64,000 bases of DNA from the NCBI GenBank assembly GCA_037447605.1, contig CM074806.1, positions 1-64,000 of the forward strand. Direction: 5' to 3'. Positions 49,430 to 61,200 of the stretch are shown one piece after another; within the stretch, counting starts at the first letter, position 1, and every line of letters begins with the position of its first letter. The notes under the pieces were generated by a model that made no database searches, was not told the origin of the DNA, and saw only the letters and a list, made by a program, of their open reading frames with translations. The DNA comes from Zygnema circumcarinatum SAG 698-1b. Taxonomy: Eukaryota > Plantae > Zygnematophyceae. The translations under genes were made by a program, and so were the position numbers.

Positions 49430-50790
49430 TTCCTCTTCTCCCTCTTCCTCTCCCACTTTCTCTCCCTCTCCCGCTCTCTCTCACGCTCCCTCTAGCATAC
49501 TCTCTCCCACTGCCACTGCCTGTCTCTCCCTATCTGCCTCACCATCTCCCTCTTCCCCCCGGCCCCTCCCCCCACGAACCCACATCCTCCACAACTCCCT
49601 CCCCCTTCCCTCTCCCCACCCCACCTCACCCCACCCCTGCACCTCTTCCCTTCCTCTCCTTCTCCCACTCCCTAGGCATCTCCCATTCCCTACCACTTCT
49701 CTTTGCATCCCCGCCTTGCGACTGCGCCGGCATCCCCCTCCTTGTCTGTCCTATCTCCCCCACTTCATCCCTCTCTCCCCGCCCCTTCTCCCTCTCACTC
49801 TCCGTCTCCCTCTCCCTCTCCCTCTTCTTTTCCCTCTCCCTTTCCCTCGCCTGTTTTTCTCCCTCTCTCGCTCTCTGCCATTCCCCTTCACATCCTCCCA
49901 CTTAATGCCTCTGCCTCTTCCTCTGCCTGCCTCTCACCCTCTGCATTCCCATCTCCCTATTCCTCTCCCACCCCTCCTCCCCGCTCCCCCTCCCCTCCCA
50001 CCTTCCCCCTCCCCCATCCTCCCCACCTCCCCCGTCCATCTCTCTGGCCTCCCTCACCCTACCCCTGCGACCCATCCCTCCTAACCACTCCTTCTCCCTC
50101 TTTCTCTCCCACCGCATCTACTCTCTGCATCCTGCCTCTGCCTAAACCTCGGCATTCCCCTCCCTGCCTGTCCCACCTCCACCACTTTCCCCCTTTCCTC
50201 CGCCTCCTTCTCCCCCACTCTCACTCACTGCCCCTCTTCCTCTCCCTGCCATTTCCTCTCCCATCCTCTCTCGCACTGCCGATGCCTTTGCCTGCATCTC
50301 CCTCTCTGCCTCGATGTCGCTCGTCCTTTCCCCCCCCCTATACTCCCCAGTCATATCCCTCTTCCAACCTCTTTCTCAGCCTCTGCACCCTGCCTAGGCC
50401 GAGGTATTCTTCTCCCTCTCATCCTCCTTCTCCACTTCCCCGCTCACCCCCACGCACCTCCCCCACTTCCCCCCTCTCCCTCACGAACTCTCATTGTCCC
50501 TCGCCCTCTCCCTTTCCCTCGTCTTGTTTTCTTTCCCCTCCTCTCCCTACAAATCCCTCTACCATCCGCTCTCAAACTGCCTCTGCCTGCCTCTCCCTCT
50601 CTTGCTTTCCTTCTCGCCCTTCCACCCCTCTCCCTATCCTTTCCCTCTCCCTCACCCCCTCCCCCTCTCCACTCCTTCCCCCCTTTCCCCATCCACCTAT
50701 CCTGCCTTCATCCCCTCCTCCTCTTTTTCCTTCTCCATCTCCCTATTACCTGACGCTACTTCCCTTCCCCTCTCCCTCTCACCTCCGCAT
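49430..50790 (+). repeat. ~1.35-kb CT-rich low-complexity tract
   Basis: Near-continuous pyrimidine-rich degenerate CT/CCT/CCCT units. The long Pro/Ser/Leu ORFs here are compositional artefacts. Confidence 0.9.
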
Positions 50791-51211
50791 CTCTGAAAGT
50801 GGGAAATGATTTCCACAATGAGTCTTGTTTTCATTCATTGAAGGCTATTATGGAAAATCGTTCTTCAATTTAACTGAGACTTCTTCTAGTTCAAATCTTT
50901 CCATCACTTCTTTGATACTTTTGGGGTTAATGCAGTTTTTTTTTTTTGGTTTATGTTATATTTGGAAATAGAATGTGCAATTTAATTTTTAAGTACAAAG
51001 CATAGCGGGTAAAGGTGGGGGCAGAGGAGGGTGAGAGGCGGGAGGCAGACAAGAGAAAAGAGCGGCAGGAGTTGAGAGCGGCAGGCAGTGCAAGTGCGAC
51101 GAGGCACGAGGCGAGGTGCGAGGTGCGAGGTGCCCAGTTCGCTGAGATAGGTCCCCGCGAGTGCTGAATGCCCCCGGCAACTCCAACACTTGAAGTGGAA
51201 GTCCTCCTCGC

Positions 51212-51390
51212 GATGTGCCTCACATCGGTGACCTTCGCGGCTGCTTCTAGGGGCTGCGTTGTTGTGCCTAGGCGTAGTTTTCCGCTCCTAGCGTTTTTCT
51301 TTTGTACGTGTCCCTCGTGGTTCCACATGCTGCTTTTGTTCATGTACATTTGATGGCCTCGCCATCGTGAGTCCAATGCGATTCTTTCAA
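51212..51390 (+). repeat. Dispersed ~200-bp repeat, copy 3
   Basis: Aligns by eye to 19059-19262, with identical blocks such as gaccttcgcggctgcttc and catgtacatttgatggcctcgccatcgtgagt. Confidence 0.85.
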
Positions 51391-51672
51391 TCAGTCAATG
51401 CCACATCCTGTGCCAAGTACTGTCCGTACTTTGCATATCCAGTCCGTACAGATCGTACCTTCAACGTAATCACGTCACGGGGCAAGAAAAAGGGGCATGC
51501 TCCCCCCTGCTCCGGAGGGAAGAGGAGAGGAGAGGAGAGGAGAGGAGAGAAGAGGGGAGGGGAGGAGAGGAGAAGAGAGAGGAGGGGAGAGGGGCAGCCG
51601 TCTCGCCCGTCGCCCGCCCGGCACGGCCCGGCCCGGCCCGGCCCTGCGCAGGCGGTGCGCTGGCGGAACGCG

Positions 51673-54600
51673 ATGTGGCGGCGGCGCTCCAGCCGAGCCA
51701 ACCTCCTCCGCGAGTCGGGCCAGCTGGAGAAGCCGGCGCTCTTTGCCCTCCACATGTGCACCGCCGTTCTTGTCACCGTCAAGGTCCGTCATTTCCTGCC
51801 TACACTGCAATTAGTTGGTCGCTAGGCTTGCTTCTCATTCGTACGGCGACGTCTGCTTGCAAGTGTGGCTGGAAGGCGTCAAAACAATGCACGGCACAGT
51901 TATTGAGAATGCAGCGTATAAAAATGTAAAGGAACAATTAAGTTTTCCTATTGATATATGCCCAAGAAGTATTCTCAACGTGTATTTTCACTTGCCATGT
52001 ATAGAAATGGGGATCAGATGACATGCTAATGTTCACACTGTCATGCATCTTCTTTTGCTGGTCGTAAAATCAACGCAAAGGGGGGTGGATTTGGGTCTGC
52101 ACTTGCTTTTGAAAGGCAATTCACGAATAACTTTGATACTAAACGGGAAATAAAGGTTTGGACACCACACGCCCAATACGCCAAGGCGGATTTTAGTGTC
52201 AAGTAGAATCTGCATCCTGCTGAAGCCAAGTGAAAAAAATCTGGAACATGTCAACTTTTCCTCACTTTGTGCGTGAACGTGTTTACGAAAGGAGCCAGTT
52301 TTTTTTGGCGGCATGGTGTCAGGCCTATTGCATCTTTCTTGGGTGTCTGCGATAACGGGATACGATATAAGTACTACCTTTTTCTTCACGGGGTAGCAAG
52401 AAAAAGTTGACATATTCCAGTTCCGAAGTAGACAAGCTTTTCGTTCAGCTGAATGCAGTGGCATGAATTTAAACGTTTCAGTAGGAAGAAAATGGCCAAA
52501 ATCCACCTGAGGAACTTGGTCTATGTGTGGCCTGCATTTTCATTTCCATTCTCAAAACTATTGGTGACGCCAACTTAAAAGTTAGGGGTTGACTACGCAT
52601 GCCGATTTGAAGTGGAGCTTATTGTCTATCCCTATCATAGCTCGTTCTCCGCATGTCAATATGTTTTTGATTTTCCAAAGTAGATAGTGCAAGATGGCGG
52701 TGTCTGATGTGGCTAAGCCATTCCTTGTTGTCTGAGCAGATTGCAGCTATGGTCAGTGAAGATACACCCTTTATTGTGGCATCGCGAGGGACATTCATGG
52801 ACATGTTTCTTGCAGGGGTCACTGTGAGTCTTGCCTGCTCCCTATTGATCATTCAATCCTTGTCATCCTGCAAGCTCTTCTTTGTCAGCTCTTGAGCCGT
52901 GGTAGTCAAGAGACTCAGATGATACCATACAGAACTTGTCTAGCCTGATATTGCAACCTCCTTACCCCTCTTGTCAGTTCTTTTTCGACCACGATCCTGC
53001 GTGTTCTTCTCTCAGAGTCATTTTTGCTTTTTTAGATAGTGGCTCGTAAACGTGCCGGAAAAAATCGCCCTTGGTAAGCTGCATGTAGGTGCAAATGCTG
53101 CTATTGGTTTCTGTGACTGCTGAAACAAAAAGTTTACAACATTTGCAGCGTTGGATGTCCTGCAGAGACAAGGCGACACCGGCTTCATCTATGAAATTGA
53201 CTCTTGCCTGGACTCCATCAACCGGTCAATCCACACGGTGGGCAGACTGATTCACTGCACAATATTTTTTGCGCTCCTCAGACTTAGGGTCATTGACTGT
53301 AATGGAGAACATATGTAACTCAAAAAAAATGGTTGGAAGAGTTGGACTCTACATTTCTTGCGGACATTGCTTACACTGGAGCACGGAGGTTCACGGTTGA
53401 GTAGGCTTCTCCATTTTGTTGCTTTTGACGTGGAAAATTTGTTTTGCTTGCAGTATTACAATCTGCCATCGGTGGGGCTGGACGTCTACGATGCCCTATC
53501 AACTCCAATCCAAATCCACCTTGTAAGCTGGCTTAGACTCAAGTCTACGTTGGCACAAACGCAATACAAAGGAGTTAGCTTAACTAAGAGCAAATGGTGC
53601 TGCATTCTGCTAAGGCTCTTTCATATAGGACTTTCACCTTTGCAGGTGCATCTAAAGGAGAATCCGCGCCAAGTACTGCCTCGGCGGAACAACAGGCTTG
53701 TACAGGATTTGGAGACGAACGAACGTAAGTTTGAGGCTGACTTACTTCGAATGGACAATATTGTTATTTTTGTCTAAATGATTTCTGCAGCAGTTTCAGT
53801 CCAACCGGGCATCAACTCTTTGATGGTCGATGCTGCTTGAGGGTGGTAACGGGAGAATGGACTTGTGTCTCAGGATATGCGAATGTGTCTGGAAAGGGCG
53901 ACGATTGGATGGCCTTGTTGGGGATCGATGCGAAATCCATGAGCAAGAAGCGAAGTTTTTTCAATTCTTTGGTAGGCTACCCACCTGACCCTCCATCTTT
54001 GCGTTTCTTCCGTTTCGAATCCAAATCTGTAAGCTGCAACCAACACTTGCTTTTTGATAGTCCTTAGGAGGCACGGTGGCGGTGCAGATTGCATGCTTCT
54101 CAAGCATTCCAGAGCCTGATTTGCAGTTTTTGCCCTGTGGGAGGCTGTCAGGTGCAGCTAGATCTGCTTTTTCAGCTGAGGACGCTCCATCGGGAGTTTG
54201 ACCATGTGCAACTTTTTGACTGGGATATATGGGTATAGCTTTCTTGCCGAGCGTCTCTTTGTTAGAGCTATTGAAAAATGAGTCATGGCATTTGCAAATT
54301 AATGGGACAAACAACATGATAGCAAGTCTGTATTTGAGGAAGAGTCTTCTGGACATGCCACACTCGGTAAACTAACATGTTTGATTAATAGTCACATCGT
54401 CAAATAAGAGGCAAGGGTACGCGCACAGCGATTGAAGGATGGTTAGAGGGAGAACCCGTATACTATTTAACAGGGAGCAAATTACTAGTATCAGTGGACG
54501 CATGCTTGACGGGAAAATGATTCTTATTTCTTTCTTAAATAGTCGGGGCTTGAACTCTTTACCTCTGTGTAATCAGTGACGCATGCTCGCGGACTGTACT

Positions 54601-57048
54601 CCAGGGAAAAGAGACAGGATGAAGAGCGTGGGCTTTGTGAAATGGCATGCAGATCCATTACAGCTTCATTGCGCGCGGAGGGCGCATAGAGTTAACTCTT
54701 ACGGTCAAGGGGTCGCATGTCCGTTTGGGTATCTACCTCTTGCCCTGAACCTTGCAGTCTTGCGTGGCGATTCTTTCACTGGGTATAAAGGCCAACAATT
54801 GTAGCTCGCCTTCCTTTTTTGTTGCAGAAATGAGCTCTCTCCCTGCCCCTCTGAACTAGAAGGTAGCCGTAATAGTGTTGGTGACGGCGGTCGTGACGGG
54901 CCGGCGTGCAGGCTGCCTCACGGTGTGATTGAGGCGATGGGGGGGGGCGGCCTGCGAGCAGACACGAGCCTCCACTGGGAGCTGGCACTGGACGCGCTCA
55001 TGGCGGCCATGGCCCTCTTCAGCCAGCTCACAGCGCACCGCTGGAAGCAGGGCCTGCTCTCTGCACCTGTGAGCGACCCCTTTGCTCCTACTGCAAAACG
55101 TTTTGAATGCCCTCTTGCTCCTCACATGGTTTGCTTGTGAGTAGAAGGGGGAGCATAGGTGACGAGGAGCAAAAATGGGGAGGTGCAGGGGGGTGGAAGC
55201 CGGTGGATACATCGCAATGTATGGATGTTGGTGACAGCCGGCGCCGATTTGTTGATCTTGACGAGCGCTTTCCTGGATTTCAGTTAGTAATTCCTCCTGT
55301 CCGTAGCATTTGACTCTTTATGGGCATTTGTGCATTGTCTGAACTGGAAGCTTTCAGGTTGTAGTGCAATTGTATTTTTCGTTCCTACACAATCTGCTCA
55401 CTTGTATTATGAGTGCAGGTTATTTCTGCAACTCCTCTGCCTGATGGGCTCTCACTCCGCCTAAGGGTGAGCGCAGGTGATTACTTACGCCTCACTGGGG
55501 AAATGCGATCTTATGACATTTATGTCACAGGTGCACCCACCCACCCACCCACTCCTGCAAGGTGCACTGCTTTAGGTCGAGGAATTCACGATGGTCGTGT
55601 ATCTCGTTCGTGTATTTGTTTACGGTCGCTTTTTTTCGAGCTAACTGTGGAAACGTGACTCTTTCTGCATAGTTTGAGCTCCTCGTGGAGCTTAGTCTTT
55701 CCATGCCCATCGGAGGAGTGTAGGCTTAAATCTCTCTCTATGAAGGCGTACGGAGTTGTCGGAGATTGCTGACCCCAGCGGGCCACCTGGGGACGATGCA
55801 GGCATGGCATGCATGCTCTCGTGGTCGAGCATCATCCAACACCTCCAGCCGGTGCAGCCCTACAATGTAAGCAAGGCGGTCACGGACAGCCAATGCCCGC
55901 CTGCCACTCTGGAGGTGATTCATTCTGAGGTTTCTTCACCAAAAGCTCCGCACTGGATGGCCCTGACCTTCTCTTTTGTACTGCCTTGCACTACAGATGC
56001 TCATTCTCGCCATGGCTCGAGGCGTGCCTGTTGTTGCAAGGTATCCGATCGCCATCATCATGAGGCCATACAATCAGCTTATCCGCTTTGCAATCTGACC
56101 GAAACTGATCATATTCCCAATGTTGACTGTGTCGGCATCGCTTAGGTTCTTGATCGGAAGCATCCCATTATTGATGGGATTTGCAGGACTGGGCATGGCT
56201 CTCTTCTCAGAACACACGGAGAAGGTGCTCGCTTCTTTCCTATTTTACTCCACATCAAGTTAATGCTACTTTGTCGTTGCAAGTTTCAGCTTATTAACTG
56301 GCCCGATATGGATCTCACTGAAATGTGGAGGGTTCCATTTTGATGCCCTAAGGTTCACGAATATTGATGTCCGGGAGGCTGCAGTTTTCCAGCCTGGAGA
56401 ACAGTGCGGTGACTCTGTTTTCTGTGCTCAACGGGGACGTGCTGCTGGAAACTTGGCGAGAGATACGGCCGGCAGGCTTTATGGGGGATGTGTTTCTGGT
56501 GTCGTTCGTGTGCATTTTCGTATACAGCGGCCTCAATGTCTTCATCTCAATCATTCAAGATGCCTACATGAGTGCGAAGGAGGTAAGAGAGGTTGCGAAC
56601 GGACACTTCTTTAATTGTAACGAGTGGAGACTGGGGGAAAGGAATTAAAGAATTGACCTCTCTGTGAATGCAGCAAACTTCAAGTGGCCCAGGTCGACAG
56701 AGTACGGGAAGCTCTGAGCGGATTCAAGACAGGGGTCCTGAGAGACAAGAGCCTCTCATGGCTGCCGACCGAGTGGACGATCGGCTAGAGGCCTTGGAAG
56801 TGCAGCTGCGGGAGATACTGAACCTGCAGCGGCAGGTCCTCCTCCTGTGCAGCCCTCGGCCAGCTCCTCCGCCGGACGCGGCGGAGTCTCAGACGCGTGA
56901 CAGCTCGCCAGCGGCTGCCCTGCCCAGTGAGAGGGTCGTGACCGTGGAGCAGCTGAGCTTCAGCTCGTGGACGAATGCAGCCGCGGTCGGACATGAGCCT
57001 CGGCGGAACTCCGTGAAGGGGCGAGGCAAACAGCATTTGACGGAATAG
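51673..57048 (+). CDS. Mucolipin/TRPML-like cation channel (polycystin-mucolipin superfamily), multi-exon
   Basis: Exons colinear with mucolipin-1 motifs. S1: KPALFALHMCTAVLVTVK/IAAMV..FMDMFL. Luminal: YYNLPSVGLDVY (cf YLALPDVSLGRY) and IHYSFIARGGRIELTL (cf ITFDNKAHSGRIPISL). S2: LDALMAAMALFSQL. S3: RNVWMLVTAGADLLIL (cf NGWYILLVTSDVLTI). S4: SYDIYVT/GMACMLSWSSIIQHLQPVQPYN. S4-S5: MLILAMARGVPVVAR/FLIGSIPLLMGFAGLGMALF. Pore and S6: FSSLENSAVTLFSVLNGDVLLETW..FLVSFVCIFVYSGLNVFISIIQDAY. Coiled-coil-like tail. Confidence 0.92.
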
Positions 57049-57384
57049 CGCGGTGCATGACTCGGGAGTTTCCGAGCTTTGCTTTCAGTTTCCAGCTTTG
57101 CATTATTATTGTTCGTCGAGAGCATCTCTTAGTCAACCAGAGTCAAGGGTTCAGCAGCGCCGGAGAAGGTGTCGGCCAGCCCGCAGCAGACAGACAGCAT
57201 GTGGTGGTGGCAAGAGACAGGAAGTGTGGTCGCAGGATAGAAACATTCCTGAGCTTGTGCGGCTCGGCCGGCCCCCTGCATTGTGAATATGATGACATGA
57301 AATGTACCATATATTGTAGTGCCTACGTACCTTCTCGTTCTCACCTTCTTCATCTGTCTGCTCCCGAGGGTCGATGGACCGCGC

Positions 57385-57655
57385 CTCTCTCTTTCTTTCC
57401 CCCTCTCCCTCTCCTTCCCCCTCTCCCTCTCCCTCTCCCTCTCCCTCTCCCTCTCCCTCTCCCTCTCCCTCTCCCTCTCCCTCTCCTTCTCCCTCTCCCT
57501 CTCCCTCTCCCTCTCCTCTCCCTCTCCCTCCCTCTCCTCTCCTCTCCCTCTCTCTCCTCTCCCTCTCCTCTCCCTCCCTCTCCCTCTCTCCCTCTCCCTC
57601 TCCCTCTCCCTCCCTCTCCTCTCCTCTCCCTCTCCCTCTCCCTCTTTCTTTTTTC
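57385..57655 (+). repeat. (CTCTCC)n / CT-rich tract
   Basis: Tandem ctccct/ctctcc units between the mucolipin and KASII genes. Confidence 0.9.
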
Positions 57656-58203
57656 TGTGGCCCTGTTGTGCCTCGTTCGCTCGCTCTGTGGCGGCCGCCG
57701 GACAGTGCGTGCGCGCGCCTGTCGAACCAAAGGGAAGGGCCGTGCGATATGGCGATACGGAGATATTCCGATAATACTGGGATTTCCAAATTCTGCGATA
57801 TTGACGCGTTGCAATATGTTGAGGCACACCGATATTATTGCGATACGTAGATTTGACGCGCCCTGCGGATGGCGTGCGACGGCTGCGCGCGTGCCACGTG
57901 GCGCGCGGGCGCGCCTCCGTCGACGGCCAATGGCGCGCGAGCGTCCCCCGAGACTGGCCCGAATGGCGCTGACGTGGCACTCATCTGCTGACGTGGTGCA
58001 CGCAGCTGGGCAGCCGCACGATCGGACATCGACGGTCCCTCGTCGCCGCCCTTGAGCTCCCCTGAGCTAGGCCCGCGGAGGCAGGGAGAGGGAGGGAGAG
58101 TGGGAGAGAGGGAGGGGGAGAGCGAAAGGGAGAGAGAGAGAAAAAGGGAGAGGAGAGAGAGGGCGGAGAGGGAAGGTCAGACGCGGTTGCTCAGCAGGCA
58201 GCC

Positions 58204-61200
58204 ATGGCGCTCGCTGCGGCGGTGCCGCTCTGCGGGTGGCTCCTCGCCGCCTGCGTGTCCTCCGGCGTGGCGTGGCGCCTGCACGACGGCGAGGAGCCGC
58301 GGGCCGCGGTCGGGGGCGGGGGCTGCCGGCGGGCCCGGCACGCGCGCAAGCTCTCCGCGGGCTTCACCTCGCTGGGCCGGGCCCCTCCGGCCACCGCGGC
58401 CCGCGCTGGAGGCGGGCGGGCCCGCAGCCGCTGCGTTGGGATGGAGGGCGGCTGGCTGGGGACGGGCCGGCTTGGGCTTGGACTTGGGCGCACCGCGGAG
58501 GGAGGCGCTGCTGGAGTGGACGGAGGCCTTTTTCCTCTGAGCGAGCGGCCCCGCAGGGGCAGGTCGGCCAAGGCATCCGCTGGTGCGCGTCAAGGCTTGG
58601 TTGGGAAAGACGCGGAACCGGTCGTGTCGTGGCTGCATTGCTTCATTTGCATTGCTGAAGTATCTGCACTTCACCATTTTTTAAGCTCCACTTTACCTTG
58701 TTCTGCCCTACATTAGGTTCTTTCGTCCCTTTGATGAGCATTATGCGAATACTCATGCATGCTTTTAGGCTTCATGGTTCGGATGTTTAATGCGACGGCT
58801 CCATCTTCGTTCTTTACGCGAAATATATATTCCATTTAAGGACTCGAGCTTCTGTATTTTTCTGTCGTGGGGTTTGCGTTTCTTGACCAATAGCTCACCA
58901 TACTCGGATACTTGCTCAATTCATCGTATCTTTCTTCCCTTACCTTACGTCCTTACTATTTTCTGTTCATGCGGTCTGAAAGTTTACTTGCAACCGTGTG
59001 GATATTCCTTCAATTAGCTCATTCCTCTTCCTATGTCGTTCCGTTTCTTTCTTACAACGCAGGACGAATTATGGCAGTTGCCACTGAGCCAGTAAAACAG
59101 ACCACCGAAAAGCAACAGACAGCAGTTAAGAAGCGGCGAGTTGTAGTTACAGGCATGGGCGTAGTCTCTTGCCTTGGTCAGGATCCAACTTCTCTTTATG
59201 ATAACTTACTTGCCGGCACAAGTGGCATCACACAGATTGAAGGCTTTAATGCCAGTGATTATCCCACGGTAAATATTTGCTGCCATTTCCAACTGGGCAT
59301 GCTAATTGTAATGTTTGTTTACAATATGGAAAGGTTTCCTCTAAACTCCCTGAACTCTTTTGGAATCATCGGCTGTGTACAGCTCACACTGTCAAAAGAA
59401 GTATAAAATTTGCACCTATGCCCCTCGCGCCTCCCGTTCTTAGGAAAATGAAGGCTCCAGCAGGCTCACTTGGCGAGAAAGGCCATGTTTCCGCTCAGAT
59501 TGACTTGAAATACCTGGTATGCTGTCTGCTTGTACAGAGAATTGCAGGTGAGATTAAGGATTTCAATGTTAACGGCTACGTGAATCCTAAAATGGCTAAA
59601 CGAATGGACAAATTCATGATGTACGCGCTGACTGCCGGCAAGCGAGCCGTGGCGGATGCCGGCATGACCTCTGAAGTGCTTGCGAGACTCGACAAGAAGC
59701 AATGTGGAATTCTCATAGGCTCCGCCATGGGAGGAATGCAGGTAGTGCCGCCTGGCAAACTGACCTTCTTCACACGCTGAGGGCAGCAAGGCCTTTTAAG
59801 ATAGGAGCAGAAATCTTTTCATTATTTGGGGTCGAATTATAGCTCCCAAAACTCTGAGGCAAGCAGTGTGCCCTTGCGCTGTGTGGAGTAACGCCCCCTG
59901 TTTGTGCCCCTTCAGGTGTTCCACGATGCGCTCGAAGCCCTCACGGTCTCGTATCGAAAAATGAACCCGTTCTGCATTCCCTTCGCCACTACCAACATGG
60001 GGTCGGCCATGCTCGCAATGGACCTTGTGAGTGGCCTGAATGCTGCGCACTTCCACTGACCAACCACGCGATCGCCGACACGTTTTGTGGGGCTGCATAT
60101 GTTGAGTCACGTGTAGATGTGCGGCATTTTGGTGGAAGTGCAGTCCCCTGCCTTCGCCTGGCAGAGAGAGAATGTAATTGTGTCATTCTTGTAGTTATTA
60201 GAGAGAGAGGGAGAGAGAGAGAGAGGAGTTGTGGGCAGCTCCTGCGAGCGCGGCCCTCTCGCTGCATGTCCCGCGCTGAGGGGGTCCCCGCCCTCCTTTG
60301 CGCGCAGGGGTGGATGGGCCCCAACTACTCCATCTCCACCGCGTGCGCGACCGGCAACTACTGCCTCCTCAGCGCGGCCAACCACATCGTGCGGGGGGAA
60401 GCGGTCAGCCTCTTGGGCTCTCTGCCGTCCTCTTCTGCACGATTCTTTCGCAGTGAATTCTGTTTGCTCTTGACCGTCAACAAGGGTGGGATTTCTCTGT
60501 GACTCTTTTGATTTGCGCGCTTGTTCTGTGTTGTGTGCAGGATGTCATGCTGTCAGGAGGATCGGATGCTGCCATTATACCCGTGGGTAAGGAAACTTAC
60601 GCCTGCATATGCGTCCTTGCATGGATAAGTTGACATCTGAACGTCAGCTTTATTAGCTCCATATGTGGTGCTCTGAATTACCGGTCGGAAAATTCTGATT
60701 CTGCTACCAATCTGAAGCGCGGCCATGGCTGGGTGAACTGAGGCTTGTGCATCCTTTTGTGGCAGGACTGGGCGGGTTTGTTGCTTGCCGGGCCCTCTCC
60801 AAGCGGAACGATGAGCCGGAGAAGGCCTCCAGACCGTGGGACAAGGTGCGCCCTCTGCCCTCTGCCCTCTGCCCTCTGCCCTCTGCCCTCTGCCCTCTGC
60901 CCTCTGCCCTCTGCCCTCTGCCCTCTGCCCTCTGCCCTCTGCCCTCTGCCCCCTGCCCCCTGCCTCTGCCCCCTGCCCTCTGCCCTCTGCCCTCTGCCCT
61001 CTACCCTCTGCCCTCTGCCTCTCTCTCCCTCTCCCTCTCCCTCTCCCTCTGCCCTCTCTGCCCTCTCTCTCTCTGCCCTCTGCCTCTACCTCTGCCCTCT
61101 GCCCTCTCTCTCTCTCCCTCTGCCCTCTCCCTCTCCCTCTCTCTCCCTCTCCCTCTCCCTCTCTCTCCCTCTGCCCTCTCCCTCTCCCTCTGCCCTCTGC

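Noticed and set aside
49417-50809. Pro/Ser-rich extensin-like ORFs
   Set aside because: Low-complexity CT tract with no signal peptide or SP4 periodicity.
57057-58055. Long ORFs with LPLPLP/ERERER repeats
   Set aside because: Artefacts of the CT repeat and GC island between mucolipin and KASII.
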